Origin: an uncultured Pseudomonadota bacterium
GTDB taxonomy: Bacteria; Pseudomonadota; Alphaproteobacteria; Rs-D84
NCBI GenBank assembly: GCA_902762295.1
Contig: CACWNX010000001.1
Span: 596,094-660,093, forward strand
Direction of reading: 5' to 3'
DNA length: 64,000 nucleotides
Every line of letters starts with the position of its first letter. The first letter of the stretch is position 1. A model generated the notes under the pieces. That model was given only the letters and a program-made list of their open reading frames with translations, searched no databases and was not told the DNA's origin. Positions 39,031 through 49,437 of the stretch are shown here, in pieces. The translations under genes and the position numbers were made by a program.

Positions 39031-39099
39031 TGAAATCGCGCAGACTGGGTGCTAAGATTCCCGCGTGATAATCATTTAATTCAACCAAAAGGAAATAAT

Positions 39100-40341
39100 A
39101 TGTATATCATGGCGTTGAACTGTGGTTCGTCCAGTTTGAAATATCAAATCTTTGATGCGGATTCTAAAAAACAGGTTGTCGGTGGCAATGTTGAAAAAAT
39201 CGGATCTGATGATTCTTTCGTCACCCAGAAATATCCCGATGGAACAAAACAGAAAAAAGAAACACCTATGAAAAATCATAACGAAGCATTGGGCGTAGTT
39301 ATGAATATGCTGCGCGATGCATCGGTTGATATGAACGAAATTCGTGGTGTTGGTCATCGCGTTGTTATGGGCGGTTCTAAATTTGCATCATCCGTAGAAA
39401 TAAATGACGAAGTTATGCGTGAAATTGAAAACTGGCGCGATTTGATGCCGTTGCATATTCCGGCATCCTTGATGGGAATTGAAAGCGCGCGCCAGATGTT
39501 ACCAAATGCAACCCAGGTTGCCGTATTTGATACTGCGTTTTTGCAGACTATGCCGGAATATGCGTATCGCTATGCAATTCCCGAGGCATGGTATAAAAAC
39601 CTTGGGGTGCGTCGTTATGGTTTCCATGGAACAAGCCATTTATATGTGTCAAAGCGCGCAGCGGCAATGTTGGGGCGGCCCGCAGACAAATGCAATTTGA
39701 TTACTATGCATATTGGTTCGGGTGCATCAGGTGTCGCGATTAAAAACGGTGTTGCGGTTGACACAACACTGGGGATGACACCGACCGCCGGTCTGGTTAT
39801 GGGGACACGTCCGGGCGATGTTGATGCCGGCGCGTTGCTCTATGTGATGCAGCAATTAAACCTGACACCGGAACAGATGACAAAGCACCTGAATAAAGAT
39901 TCTGGTTTAATGGGTATAACCAAGTGCTTTGCCGACCGCCGCGATGTAGAAGGCAATCGTGAAACAAATCCAGACTGTAAATTGGCATTGGAAATAGAAG
40001 TGCATAATGTTAAAAAATACATTGGTGCATTTATGGCCGAACTTGGTCATGTTGATGCGTTGGTATTCACCGCGGGCGTTGGCGAAAACGACAATTATCT
40101 GCGCGCAAAATACTGTGAAGGACTGGAAGAACTGGGCATCAAATTGGATCCGGAAAAGAATGACAAAGCCCTGGCGCGTCTGGATGCCGGCGAATGCGAA
40201 ATCAGCGCACCCGACAGTCGCGTTAAAATATTTATGATTCCAACAAACGAAGAAATTGTTATCGTCGAGGATACAATCGGGATTATGAATAAAACATACG
40301 ATGCAAACCATCTGAATATGAAGTATTCATTTGCAAAATAA
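39100..40341 (+). CDS. ackA: acetate kinase
   Basis: MYIMALNCGSSSLKYQIFD (the LNCGSSS phosphate-1 motif) and the downstream RVVHGG-type motif (RVVMGG here). AAAGGAAA SD before ATG 39100. No pta gene adjacent. Confidence 0.9.
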   Translation: MYIMALNCGSSSLKYQIFDADSKKQVVGGNVEKIGSDDSFVTQKYPDGTKQKKETPMKNHNEALGVVMNMLRDASVDMNEIRGVGHRVVMGGSKFASSVEINDEVMREIENWRDLMPLHIPASLMGIESARQMLPNATQVAVFDTAFLQTMPEYAYRYAIPEAWYKNLGVRRYGFHGTSHLYVSKRAAAMLGRPADKCNLITMHIGSGASGVAIKNGVAVDTTLGMTPTAGLVMGTRPGDVDAGALLYVMQQLNLTPEQMTKHLNKDSGLMGITKCFADRRDVEGNRETNPDCKLALEIEVHNVKKYIGAFMAELGHVDALVFTAGVGENDNYLRAKYCEGLEELGIKLDPEKNDKALARLDAGECEISAPDSRVKIFMIPTNEEIVIVEDTIGIMNKTYDANHLNMKYSFAK

Positions 40342-40434
40342 CACGATGTTTTCCGTTACCAATTGCTTGTGGCAACGGAAAACTTGCATTTTTATTCTGT
40401 GGGTGGTATTCTTGAACACCGTAAGAAGGTTTTC

Positions 40435-41460
40435 ATGTCATTTGGTGCAAAAAAAACATTTAAAAAACTGCTTGGGTATTCGGGTATAGTGTTCTTTTGT
40501 TTGGCGGCCGGAATGCTCTGGTGGCAATTGCGGAATTATTCTTTATCAGACATTGCGCATGCATTATTGGATATTCCGTTTATTAACCTTGTTCTTGCAT
40601 CGTTGGCATGTCTGGCGGGCTATGTGGCATTGGCATTATATGATTATTTGGCATTAAAATATGTTGGCGCAGGCGACCGCGTAAGTTGGTGGAAATGGAT
40701 GTTGGCGGGTATGCTTGGGTTCGCAATCAGTAATAATGCCGGTCATGCGGTTGTGTCGGGCGGCGCGATTCGTTATCGGCTGTACACACGGTGGCGTATT
40801 CGTGGTGGCGATATCGTCAAAATTGTGACAATAAATGGTTTTACATACTTTCTTGGGGCGACGGCGATTGCGGTTGTTGGATATTTTCTGATTCCGCATG
40901 ATATTTTTGCTGAATCGGTCGGTGCCAGTGTAGGGCTTAATACTTTATTCATATTCTGTTTGGCGGCATTGCTGGCGTATTTTGCGATTACCGTATTTTT
41001 CCGCAACAAAAGTATTAAAATCGGTCAATTGCGGTTTGATGTGCCATCTACAAAAATGGCGTTTTTGCAGACTTTACTTGGCATGGCGGACAGTGTTCTG
41101 GCGGGGTTGGTTCTGTATTTTTGTCTGATACCATTTGTGCATATTCCGTTTGGAACATTTATTGGACTTTTTGTTGTAGCCCAAACCACCGGTGTATTCA
41201 GCCAGGTTCCCGGTGGTATCGGTGTGTTTGAAAGTGTCTTTTTGCTTGCGGTGCCCGATGGCGCGGACAAGGCAAGTATTTTCGGTGCGTTATTGGCATA
41301 CCGTATTATTTATTATGTTTTGCCGTTGATTGGGGTTGGCGGATTGTTCTTTATATATGAACGGTGGTTGCGTGCGCGTATGCGTCGGTGGCTTGACGAA
41401 GCAAAACAGAAAATGCAGCATTTGCCCCGGATTTCTAAGAATAAAACACCTATGGAATAA
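40435..41460 (+). CDS. polytopic inner-membrane protein, UPF0104 / MprF-flippase-domain-like
   Basis: About 8 TM helices. Resembles the lysylphosphatidylglycerol synthase TM-region family. AAGAAGG SD before ATG 40435. Confidence 0.5.
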   Translation: MSFGAKKTFKKLLGYSGIVFFCLAAGMLWWQLRNYSLSDIAHALLDIPFINLVLASLACLAGYVALALYDYLALKYVGAGDRVSWWKWMLAGMLGFAISNNAGHAVVSGGAIRYRLYTRWRIRGGDIVKIVTINGFTYFLGATAIAVVGYFLIPHDIFAESVGASVGLNTLFIFCLAALLAYFAITVFFRNKSIKIGQLRFDVPSTKMAFLQTLLGMADSVLAGLVLYFCLIPFVHIPFGTFIGLFVVAQTTGVFSQVPGGIGVFESVFLLAVPDGADKASIFGALLAYRIIYYVLPLIGVGGLFFIYERWLRARMRRWLDEAKQKMQHLPRISKNKTPME

Positions 41461-41670
41461 AATACCTTGCCAAATCATATTTTATCGTGTTAAACTATCA
41501 TCTGGCATTTAACTGATGGAATTATAAGGCGATGTTATTTTTATCACTTGTATCTTTAATTCGATGGACATTGTTGGGTATCGTGATGTTATCCCTTGGC
41601 ATGGGCTTGGACGCCCCACGGGGACGGATTATTGCCCACGGTTATGCATTTAACACAAAAGGATTATTTA

Positions 41671-43473
41671 ATGTCAAAAAAGATATATGTGGACGCAGTC
41701 CACCCGGAGGAAACGCGCGTTGTTGTCGTAGACTCCGCCAATAATCGTGTCTCGGATTTTGATGTTGAAACCACCACCAAACCCCAGATAAAGGGTAATA
41801 TCTATCTGGCCAAGGTGATACGGGTGGAACCATCACTCCAGGCGGCGTTTGTTGATTATGGAACGGGTAAAAATGGGTTCTTGCCGTTTTCGGAAATTCA
41901 TCCAGATTATTACCAGGTGACCGCCGAACAGAAAAAGAAATTGCTGGAATTGGCGCATGCAAATATCGTTGATGATGACGATGACCCCGATGACGAGGTT
42001 GACGAAGTCGCCGACTATGACGATCACAGCGCCGGCGAAGATAACAAAGAATTCGCCAAACGCGCCCGTGAATTTAAAATTCAAGATGTTATAAAGCCAA
42101 AGCAAATTTTGTTGGTCCAGGGGGTCAAGGAAGAACGCGGACAAAAGGGCGCATCTATGACAACATATTTGTCATTGGCGGGTCGTTTTGCGGTTTTAAT
42201 GCCAAATTCGCGTAAACGGAACAGTTATGGTATTTCTAAAAAGATTTCTGATAAATCTGAACGCGCGCGTCTGCGTGAAATTCTGCACACATTGAAAATA
42301 CCGCGTGGTATGACGGTTGTGCTGCGCACGGCGGCATTTGGTGCATCGGCGGCGGAAATATCAGCGGATTATGATTATTTGGTGAATTTATGGAATGATA
42401 TTCGTAAAACGACATTGGAATCGGTTGCACCGGTGACAATTCACACCGAAGATTCACTGTTGCGGCGTGTGGTTCGTGACTTCTTGTCGTCCAAGGACGA
42501 CGTTCTAACGATTCAAGGTGAAGAGGCATACGATGCTGCAAAAACTTATTTCCAGCAACTTTATGGTCGTGCGCCGCGAAAGCAATTAGTTTTATATAAA
42601 GACACTGCGGTACCACTTATGACCAAGGCGGGTGTTGAAAAACAGTTAGAAGGTCTGCATGGTCCATATGTTCAGTTGCCGTCCGGCGGTTCATTGGTTA
42701 TCAACCAGACCGAAGCAATGGTGACAATTGATGTCAATTCGTCCCGTGCGATTAAGGAAAAAGATATCGAACAAACCGCATTAAACACTAATTTAGAGGC
42801 CGCCGAAGAAATCGCCTTGCAATTACGCCTGCGCGATTTGGCGGGTATTGTCGCGATTGACTTTATCGATATGGAAGAAGAACGCAATAATCGTAAATTA
42901 GAAATGAAAATGCGCGAAGTTATGAAACACGACCGCGCTCGGACCCAGGTTGCCAAGATAAACGCGTTTGGGGTTCTTATGCTGTCACGTCAAAGATTGC
43001 GCAGCAGTTTTATTGAATCGTCCTATGTTCCATGCCCACACTGTATGGGGGCGGGCGTAGTACCAAGCATTCAAACCGCATCTATTATTCTGTTCCGTCA
43101 TTTGCAGGAAAAATTGCTGGCAAAATCGGCGCAAAAGATAATTATGACGGTGCCAACCGATATCGCAATTTATATCTTGAATCATAAACGCGCAGAATTA
43201 AATGCGATGGAAAATGAATTTGGCACAGAAATTGTGATTGTCGGTGACGACAGTTTAATGAATATTGACCAATATTCAATCCAACGTGTCGCACCAGAGC
43301 AGGCAAAAACCGATGAAATCTTGATGGCGAATGCGCCGTCAACGGACGCAAAAAAGAAAAATGCCCAACATACCGAGGCAAAGCGGACAACAATGAACGC
43401 ACCGCATCGCACGCGTAAGCGCCAAAATCAAAAAGGCAAAAAGAAAAGCCTTTGGCACAAATTGGTTGGTTAA
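41671..43473 (+). CDS. rne: ribonuclease E/G family endoribonuclease (catalytic domain plus basic tail)
   Basis: MSKKIYVDAVHPEETRVVVVD start. S1 domain with an acidic DDDDDPDDEVDEV insertion, DNase-I-like and Zn-link (CPHCMGAG) regions, short K/R-rich C-terminus. Roughly 200-nt 5' UTR upstream. Confidence 0.85.
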   Translation: MSKKIYVDAVHPEETRVVVVDSANNRVSDFDVETTTKPQIKGNIYLAKVIRVEPSLQAAFVDYGTGKNGFLPFSEIHPDYYQVTAEQKKKLLELAHANIVDDDDDPDDEVDEVADYDDHSAGEDNKEFAKRAREFKIQDVIKPKQILLVQGVKEERGQKGASMTTYLSLAGRFAVLMPNSRKRNSYGISKKISDKSERARLREILHTLKIPRGMTVVLRTAAFGASAAEISADYDYLVNLWNDIRKTTLESVAPVTIHTEDSLLRRVVRDFLSSKDDVLTIQGEEAYDAAKTYFQQLYGRAPRKQLVLYKDTAVPLMTKAGVEKQLEGLHGPYVQLPSGGSLVINQTEAMVTIDVNSSRAIKEKDIEQTALNTNLEAAEEIALQLRLRDLAGIVAIDFIDMEEERNNRKLEMKMREVMKHDRARTQVAKINAFGVLMLSRQRLRSSFIESSYVPCPHCMGAGVVPSIQTASIILFRHLQEKLLAKSAQKIIMTVPTDIAIYILNHKRAELNAMENEFGTEIVIVGDDSLMNIDQYSIQRVAPEQAKTDEILMANAPSTDAKKKNAQHTEAKRTTMNAPHRTRKRQNQKGKKKSLWHKLVG

Positions 43474-43505
43474 ATCAAAAAATCCCCATTGTTGGGGATC
43501 TTTTA

Positions 43506-44108
43506 TTACTTCAATTCGCTTATCACATCGGCGATTTTATAGGACAATTCTGCAATCAACCGGCTTTGTGTGCGCACGATTGCATCATAGTCTGGGGCAT
43601 TTATATCGCCGTCCGGTGTCACCGCTGTTTTTGTCGTCTTTTTCTGGGCGACAACATCTCCGCGATTATTCGTCACCGTCCACCATGCAGATATTGTTAT
43701 CACACCATCTATTTCGGTATCAAATCGCACAAAGTCAATCGCCAGATGATAATTATTGTTTGATTCAGACATTTGTCGCCGACCTGGGCGCGCATTTATG
43801 TTTTTTGCATATATATTCATGTTTTCTGAAATTACAATTGGCAATGCGTTCGGCAAACCCTCTATCCAGCGGTCAAATTCAGATACCGAAAGCATATTTG
43901 AATTGGGATGTTTTATAACAATTTGTGGACGGTCAACCGATTGCGGTACCGATACATTGTCAATTGCAACATTTACCCGCGATTTTGGTCCACGAATCTG
44001 TTCAATATTTGGTGTTGAAAGTGTATAGAATCGTGCGGGTTCGCTGCTATGACCAAATGTACATGCCGCCAAAGAAGCCGCAGTTAAAACTAAACATATT
44101 TTTTTCAT
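43506..44108 (-). CDS. ABC-transport auxiliary lipoprotein (PqiC/YmbA-like) of the Mla/MCE cluster
   Basis: Lipobox LAAC; about 200 aa. Lies immediately downstream of mlaD on the same strand. Confidence 0.55.
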   Translation of the reverse strand: MKKICLVLTAASLAACTFGHSSEPARFYTLSTPNIEQIRGPKSRVNVAIDNVSVPQSVDRPQIVIKHPNSNMLSVSEFDRWIEGLPNALPIVISENMNIYAKNINARPGRRQMSESNNNYHLAIDFVRFDTEIDGVITISAWWTVTNNRGDVVAQKKTTKTAVTPDGDINAPDYDAIVRTQSRLIAELSYKIADVISELK

Positions 44109-44109
44109 A

Positions 44110-44886
44110 TTAGTATCCTCCTTTTCCCTTTAATAATGCCTCGGGGTGACGTTCCAGATAATCACTCAATCGTGATACTGCGCGTGCCGCATCACTGACA
44201 TCGCGAATCATTTTATTTAAATCATTTATTGTTGTTGAACCTGGCCCCGATAGCGCGTTTGCCAATTTGTTAATGCTGGCCACCGCCGCCGTTGATTGAC
44301 GCATCAAATCGGGTATGTCGTTGTTCAGATTTTGCAACAATGTGTTCATGTTTCCTGTAATATCGGACAATGGAATTTTTTCCAGGTTGTGCGAAATTTC
44401 ATCTAACATAGATGGCAATGTCGGAATTTCTATATCATTTATATCATATTTCCCCGCCAAAAATCGTTCGGGGTATCCCGGATAGAAATCTAATTCTATC
44501 GTCATTTGTCCGGTCAGAACACTTTGCGCCTGTAATTTCCCTTTTAACCCGTGCGCGACCAAATCACGAATCCAGTTTTCCATCTGGGACTTTGACATTT
44601 GACCGTTTGCCGCCATACGCGGGTCAATACGCACATAGACCGGAATAACAATTTTATCTTGGTTGTTCGGTATCAGTTGTATCTTATCAACCCGACCAAT
44701 CGGCACACCACGAAAATATACATTTGAACCGACATTCAGGCCCTTGACCGAACCTTCAAAGAATAATACCGGTGTCACATAATTTCGTTCCAGTCGCCCG
44801 CCAAAAAAGAATACCAATGCCCCAATAATCAGCAAGAAACTGAATATCAAAAATCCGCCGATTGCGCTTTTACTTGGTCGTTTCAT
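44110..44886 (-). CDS. mlaD: MCE-domain protein MlaD
   Basis: N-terminal TM anchor followed by an MCE domain (EGSVKGLNVGSNVYFRGVPIGRVDKIQL). GGGGG SD before ATG 44886. Confidence 0.75.
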   Translation of the reverse strand: MKRPSKSAIGGFLIFSFLLIIGALVFFFGGRLERNYVTPVLFFEGSVKGLNVGSNVYFRGVPIGRVDKIQLIPNNQDKIVIPVYVRIDPRMAANGQMSKSQMENWIRDLVAHGLKGKLQAQSVLTGQMTIELDFYPGYPERFLAGKYDINDIEIPTLPSMLDEISHNLEKIPLSDITGNMNTLLQNLNNDIPDLMRQSTAAVASINKLANALSGPGSTTINDLNKMIRDVSDAARAVSRLSDYLERHPEALLKGKGGY

Positions 44887-45646
44887 GTTTACCCCCATTT
44901 GGTTTAAGGAATTTTATAATTTCACCGTTCTTGGTTGTCCTAAGGATATTGCGTGGCGCACCGTACGCACCAACCGTTTTAGTGTTTATGTCAATATATA
45001 CCGCATTTGTTGCAATGTTCATAATTGACGATAAATCATGTGTCACCATAACAATCGTTGTTCCGGTCCGCCGGTTTATATCTAATATAATGTTATCTAA
45101 TTCTGCCGACCGTACCGGGTCCAGACCGGCGGACGGTTCATCAAAGAATAACACGTGTGGATTCAATGCCATCGCGCGTGCAATTGCTACGCGCTTTACC
45201 ATACCACCACTGATTTCTGATGGATATAAATCATCACAATTATCAAGTCCAACCATATGCAGTTTTTCGCGCACGCGTTTGTTTATCTCGGATATGTTCA
45301 TATTTGTTTTTAATTGCAATGGCAATGCAACATTTTCCCATACCGTCATAGAAGAAAATAATGCGCCACTTTGATACGATACCCCAAATCCAGATATAAT
45401 ATGATTGCGTTTTTCTTCGTCCGCCGTCCACATATCTGTGCCATCAATAATAATTTGCCCCTTGTGTGGTGGCAACAGACCAATCATTGACCGCATAATC
45501 GTACTTTTTCCACATCCCGACATACCCATAATCACGAATATATCGCCACGATTTACGGTAAAGTTTATATTATGCACAACAATCTTGCGGTCGTATGCAA
45601 CCGATAAATCACGAACACAAATAAAAGGCGTATCTTTTCTATTCAT
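44870..45646 (-). CDS. mlaF: ABC transporter ATP-binding protein MlaF
   Basis: Walker A GMSGCGKST, signature ISGGMVKR, Walker B LFFDEPSAGLD. Confidence 0.85.
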   Translation of the reverse strand: MNRKDTPFICVRDLSVAYDRKIVVHNINFTVNRGDIFVIMGMSGCGKSTIMRSMIGLLPPHKGQIIIDGTDMWTADEEKRNHIISGFGVSYQSGALFSSMTVWENVALPLQLKTNMNISEINKRVREKLHMVGLDNCDDLYPSEISGGMVKRVAIARAMALNPHVLFFDEPSAGLDPVRSAELDNIILDINRRTGTTIVMVTHDLSSIMNIATNAVYIDINTKTVGAYGAPRNILRTTKNGEIIKFLKPNGGKHETTK

Positions 45647-46488
45647 TATATGTCAAGCCAGTTAAATATTATCGTCAATATTGCCGTTGCCACAACGCAT
45701 CCAACGATACCCGCCACCACGGCACGCGTTGTTGCACGGCCAATTCCATCGGCGGTGCGTTCTGCGCGCATACCACAGATGCATCCTGCAATTGCAATAA
45801 CCCAACCAAACAACCATCCATGCAACACCCCAACCGCAAAGTTATTAAACGAAATCCAATCCAGTGTCATGCGCCAATATTCCATCATGGACACATTCAT
45901 AATTGTCATTGCAACGAACATTCCACCGGCAATAGCAACGATATCAGAAATGATTGTTAAAATCGGCATAGTAATAGTCAGCGCCAGAACCCGTGGCAAA
46001 ACCAGAAATTCGGTTGGTGAAACGCCCATTGTTTTTAATGCATCAATTTCCTGGTTTACACGCATAGAACCAATTTCGGCGGCATATGCCGCACCTGTGC
46101 GCCCCGCCATAATAATTCCGGTCATAATTGCACCCATAATACGAACCGTTGCAATCGCGACCAAGGCCGCAACATAAATCTGGGCCCCGAACATTTTCAG
46201 TTGCATATTTCCAACAAATGCCATAATCATACCAATCATAAAACTGATAAGACATACAATCGGTATCGCACGCAATCCGGCATTATTAATTTCAATTGCC
46301 AAATCAACACGGCGCAGATTTGTCAGACCACGAAACATATTCCAAATGGCAACAAATATTGCGCACACAAATCGGGCGACCGATGCAATACTGTGCCACG
46401 CAGAAATTGCAACATTACCCACCGATTCCCGAAAGTTTTTCGGTAAAATCACACGTTTTTTGAAAAAGATTTCGTCCCTCCGCTGCAC
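45646..46488 (-). CDS. mlaE: ABC transporter permease MlaE
   Basis: Five-helix permease with the conserved EIDALKTMGVSP motif. Confidence 0.8.
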   Translation of the reverse strand: MQRRDEIFFKKRVILPKNFRESVGNVAISAWHSIASVARFVCAIFVAIWNMFRGLTNLRRVDLAIEINNAGLRAIPIVCLISFMIGMIMAFVGNMQLKMFGAQIYVAALVAIATVRIMGAIMTGIIMAGRTGAAYAAEIGSMRVNQEIDALKTMGVSPTEFLVLPRVLALTITMPILTIISDIVAIAGGMFVAMTIMNVSMMEYWRMTLDWISFNNFAVGVLHGWLFGWVIAIAGCICGMRAERTADGIGRATTRAVVAGIVGCVVATAILTIIFNWLDI

Positions 46489-46660
46489 AGAATTACACCC
46501 AAATATTATTGGTTCAATTCAACAATAGCAAAGTCAAAAATTTCATTCAACACAAAAATGCATCCGCACCAACCAAAGGAATTTTTACAACAAAAAAATC
46601 TGCGCCAGTTTCCTGTGCGCAGATTTTATTCACTCTTTCGAAAGAGCAATTGGTGGGTTA

Positions 46661-46737
46661 TGTAGGACTCGAACCCACGACCAAAGCGTTATGAGCGCTC
46701 CGCTCTAACCAACTGAGCTAATAACCCACGGCGGTTA
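46661..46737 (-). tRNA. tRNA-Met (anticodon CAT); elongator type, could alternatively be the lysidine-modified tRNA-Ile2
   Basis: Acceptor GGGTTAT/ATAACCC with a paired 1:72, so not initiator. Anticodon loop CTCATAA. Encoded CCA. Two downstream hairpin terminators. Confidence 0.8.
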
Positions 46738-46820
46738 TTATTATATATTTCTTTTACCGTTGCAAGTTAAAATTTTTATTTCTGCTTTATTTTTATTCCC
46801 TTTTATGCCAAAATGCGCGT

Positions 46821-48089
46821 ATGTCTGAAATTGTTCCTATTTTAAGTGATGTCCAGAAAATTGCGTTTGACACGATTGAACGCACTAATTCAAATGTGCT
46901 TATCTTGGGTCAGGCGGGAACCGGCAAGTCAACATTTATAAACTATATTAAATCTGCTACGAAAAAGCGCGTTGTTTGCGCGTGTCCAACGGCGGTCGCG
47001 GCGCTTAATATTGGTGGTGCAACAATCCATTCGTTGTTCAGAATTCTGCCACGCGACTTTATATTTCCGGAATTCTTGGAATTACATGCCAAGGTTCGTA
47101 ATATTTTGACCGCGACCGATGTTTTGATTTTGGACGAAGTTTCAATGATTGCTCCCGATTTGATGGATGCAATGGATATATTGGCGCGTCGCGCGCGCAA
47201 GAATGATGCGCCGTTTGGCGGAATCCAGGTTGTTGCAATCGGCGATTTGTTTCAATTACCACCGGTTATAACACGCGATGCAACCAAATATTATGAATCT
47301 GAATATGGACATAGCAAATCGTATTTCTTTGACAGTCATGTTTACCCGCGTATAAATTTTATACGATTCAATTTTGATTTGGTTTATCGTCAAAGTGATA
47401 TTGAATTATTGGAAAAATTGACCGCGCTGCGAACCGGCAATATGAACGCCCTGGGGTTCTTTAATGCATGTAAAATATCTGATAATGAACGATATAAAAA
47501 TGCGGTTTTGATAACACCTTTTCGCGCGGTGGCCGATCGGGTAAATATGGAACGACTGGGACAAATTGATGCGCCTGTTGTTTCGTATGTTGGGGAATTG
47601 TCGGGCAATTTTTCCGAACGTGATGTACCGGCACCGATGAATTTAGAACTAAAGGTTGGTGCGTTGGTTGTGTTTGTTAAAAACGGTGACCGGTGGCACA
47701 ACGGTTCAATGGGTGTTGTGCAAAGCATGACATCGCGTGAAATAATTGTTCAATTACTGAATCGTGAACGCGATATCGTCGTTGTAAAACCCGAAAAGTG
47801 GCAGAAAATTGAATATTCGCGTGATGAGAATGACCGATTGGTTGAAAATGAAATTGGCGCATATAAGCAGTTTCCGCTTGCATTAGGCTATGCGATGACC
47901 ATACATAAATCCCAGGGCAAAACACTGGATTCGGTAATTGTTGATATATCGCGTGGCGCGTTCGAGCATGGTCAAACCTATGTTGCACTTTCACGCACGC
48001 GTTCTGCCAACGATATGCATATTGCCCGACCACTTTCCATGCGAGATGTAATCTTTGACCCGCGGGTGCTGGGATTTGTGGGCGAGTAA
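46821..48089 (+). CDS. Pif1-family (RecD-like SF1B) DNA helicase
   Basis: Walker A GQAGTGKST, Pif1 motifs (DEVSMI, GDLFQLPPV, ...TIHKSQG...). About 420 aa; no N-terminal accessory domain. Confidence 0.8.
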   Translation: MSEIVPILSDVQKIAFDTIERTNSNVLILGQAGTGKSTFINYIKSATKKRVVCACPTAVAALNIGGATIHSLFRILPRDFIFPEFLELHAKVRNILTATDVLILDEVSMIAPDLMDAMDILARRARKNDAPFGGIQVVAIGDLFQLPPVITRDATKYYESEYGHSKSYFFDSHVYPRINFIRFNFDLVYRQSDIELLEKLTALRTGNMNALGFFNACKISDNERYKNAVLITPFRAVADRVNMERLGQIDAPVVSYVGELSGNFSERDVPAPMNLELKVGALVVFVKNGDRWHNGSMGVVQSMTSREIIVQLLNRERDIVVVKPEKWQKIEYSRDENDRLVENEIGAYKQFPLALGYAMTIHKSQGKTLDSVIVDISRGAFEHGQTYVALSRTRSANDMHIARPLSMRDVIFDPRVLGFVGE

Positions 48090-48099
48090 AAAACGCGGG

Positions 48100-48489
48100 T
48101 TAGCGTTTTTTTTGATTTCGCAGTTTTATAATTTCTTTTCGTTGTTTTTCAATTATTTCTACTAATTCTGGAACAGATTTGGTATATAAAATATTGTTTT
48201 TTGTTGGATGAATTTTAATATTGCCGTATTTTAATTTTTGTAACATAAAATTTACAATGGTTTGCGGTGTTGGGTCCTGGTTGAATATTTCATAAAACAA
48301 ATCTTCTTCATCGGTGTTAAAATTGCAATGCACGCGGTGCGCCACCCGCACAAAAATTTCTGCTTTATCCAAAGAATCTAATTCAAAATTATATACCAAA
48401 TTTGTATCTTGTTGTATAGATTTAGGCTCAATACAAAAGATATGACCAATTACATCCTGAACAATTGTCAATATTTGTTTTTCATTCAT
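48100..48489 (-). CDS. acyl-carrier-protein-like protein with C-terminal basic extension
   Basis: FELDSLDKAEIFVRV matches the ACP phosphopantetheine-attachment DSL(D) motif; 129 aa. Confidence 0.45.
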   Translation of the reverse strand: MNEKQILTIVQDVIGHIFCIEPKSIQQDTNLVYNFELDSLDKAEIFVRVAHRVHCNFNTDEEDLFYEIFNQDPTPQTIVNFMLQKLKYGNIKIHPTKNNILYTKSVPELVEIIEKQRKEIIKLRNQKKR

Positions 48490-48500
48490 GTTTTTATCCT

Positions 48501-48911
48501 TTAAATTTCTTTGATCATTAAAATTGCATCTACACCGTCATAGTATTTTGGGCGGCGACCATTTTGGTTGAAACCGCATTTTTTATACAGATTGATTGCC
48601 GGAATATTTTCCGCCGATGCTTCTAAAAATATTTTCTTTACACCGGATTTTTTAATCTCGTTTTCCATGATACCAAGCAGGGCGATTGCAATTCCTGTGC
48701 CACGCGCATCGGGGTGAACACCAATAGTTATAATTTCTGCTTCGTCAAGAACGGTGCGCCAAACAATAAAACCATTTTCAGATGCCACGATTTCACATCC
48801 CGATTTTTTTAATTCTGCAAAATCGTCCGCACCCCACGGTTTATGTGGAAAACAAAGTTTATGAAGTTCGGCAATTTTATTTAGCATTTTTATTTTTTGC
48901 TTCTTCGGCAT
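48501..48911 (-). CDS. rimI: GNAT N-acetyltransferase RimI (ribosomal-protein-alanine acetyltransferase)
   Basis: GNAT acetyl-CoA motif (IGVHPDARGTGIAIALL). Classic position immediately downstream of and overlapping tsaB. Confidence 0.75.
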   Translation of the reverse strand: MPKKQKIKMLNKIAELHKLCFPHKPWGADDFAELKKSGCEIVASENGFIVWRTVLDEAEIITIGVHPDARGTGIAIALLGIMENEIKKSGVKKIFLEASAENIPAINLYKKCGFNQNGRRPKYYDGVDAILMIKEI

Positions 48912-49428
48912 AACTTTGGCGCAAATACATTGGCACGACCGGTTCTGACCCGCCCCGATTCAATTTATCTTGAACAATTCCAGTAGCCAATTTTAAATCA
49001 AATGGTTTATGCCCAACGGTACGCGGACATTTCATTTGTTCAGATTCAACTTCTTCAATACTCATCGTACAAGGTTCGTGTTGTGGTGACGCAACAAAGA
49101 AATCACCGCGCCCGGAATCGATTGCAACAAATGCATCCGGTGTTGCCGTCAAATATAATTCAAACGCGTTGATTCCGACAACCGGAATATTTAATCCTAA
49201 TGCTAGGCCCTTGGCATAGGCAATTCCCATGCGAATTCCGGTAAAACTGCCCGGCCCGACAACAACACCAATCGCGTTTAAATCTGACCATTTTGCACCG
49301 CATTCGTTTAAAAATGATTCCGCCGCCGCGGGCAGGGCGATTGACTGTTTTTCCACCACAACAGACTTGTGATGCTTATCTAGCACAAATTCTAAACCCG
49401 TTCCCGAAGTATTTATAATAAATATCAT
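48877..49428 (-). CDS. tsaB: tRNA threonylcarbamoyladenosine biosynthesis protein TsaB (YeaZ)
   Basis: GVVVGPGSFTGIRMGIAYAKGLA motif of the inactive Kae1/YgjD homologue family. Overlaps rimI by 35 nt. Confidence 0.8.
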   Translation of the reverse strand: MIFIINTSGTGLEFVLDKHHKSVVVEKQSIALPAAAESFLNECGAKWSDLNAIGVVVGPGSFTGIRMGIAYAKGLALGLNIPVVGINAFELYLTATPDAFVAIDSGRGDFFVASPQHEPCTMSIEEVESEQMKCPRTVGHKPFDLKLATGIVQDKLNRGGSEPVVPMYLRQSYAEEAKNKNAK

Positions 49429-49437
49429 AATAGTCCC

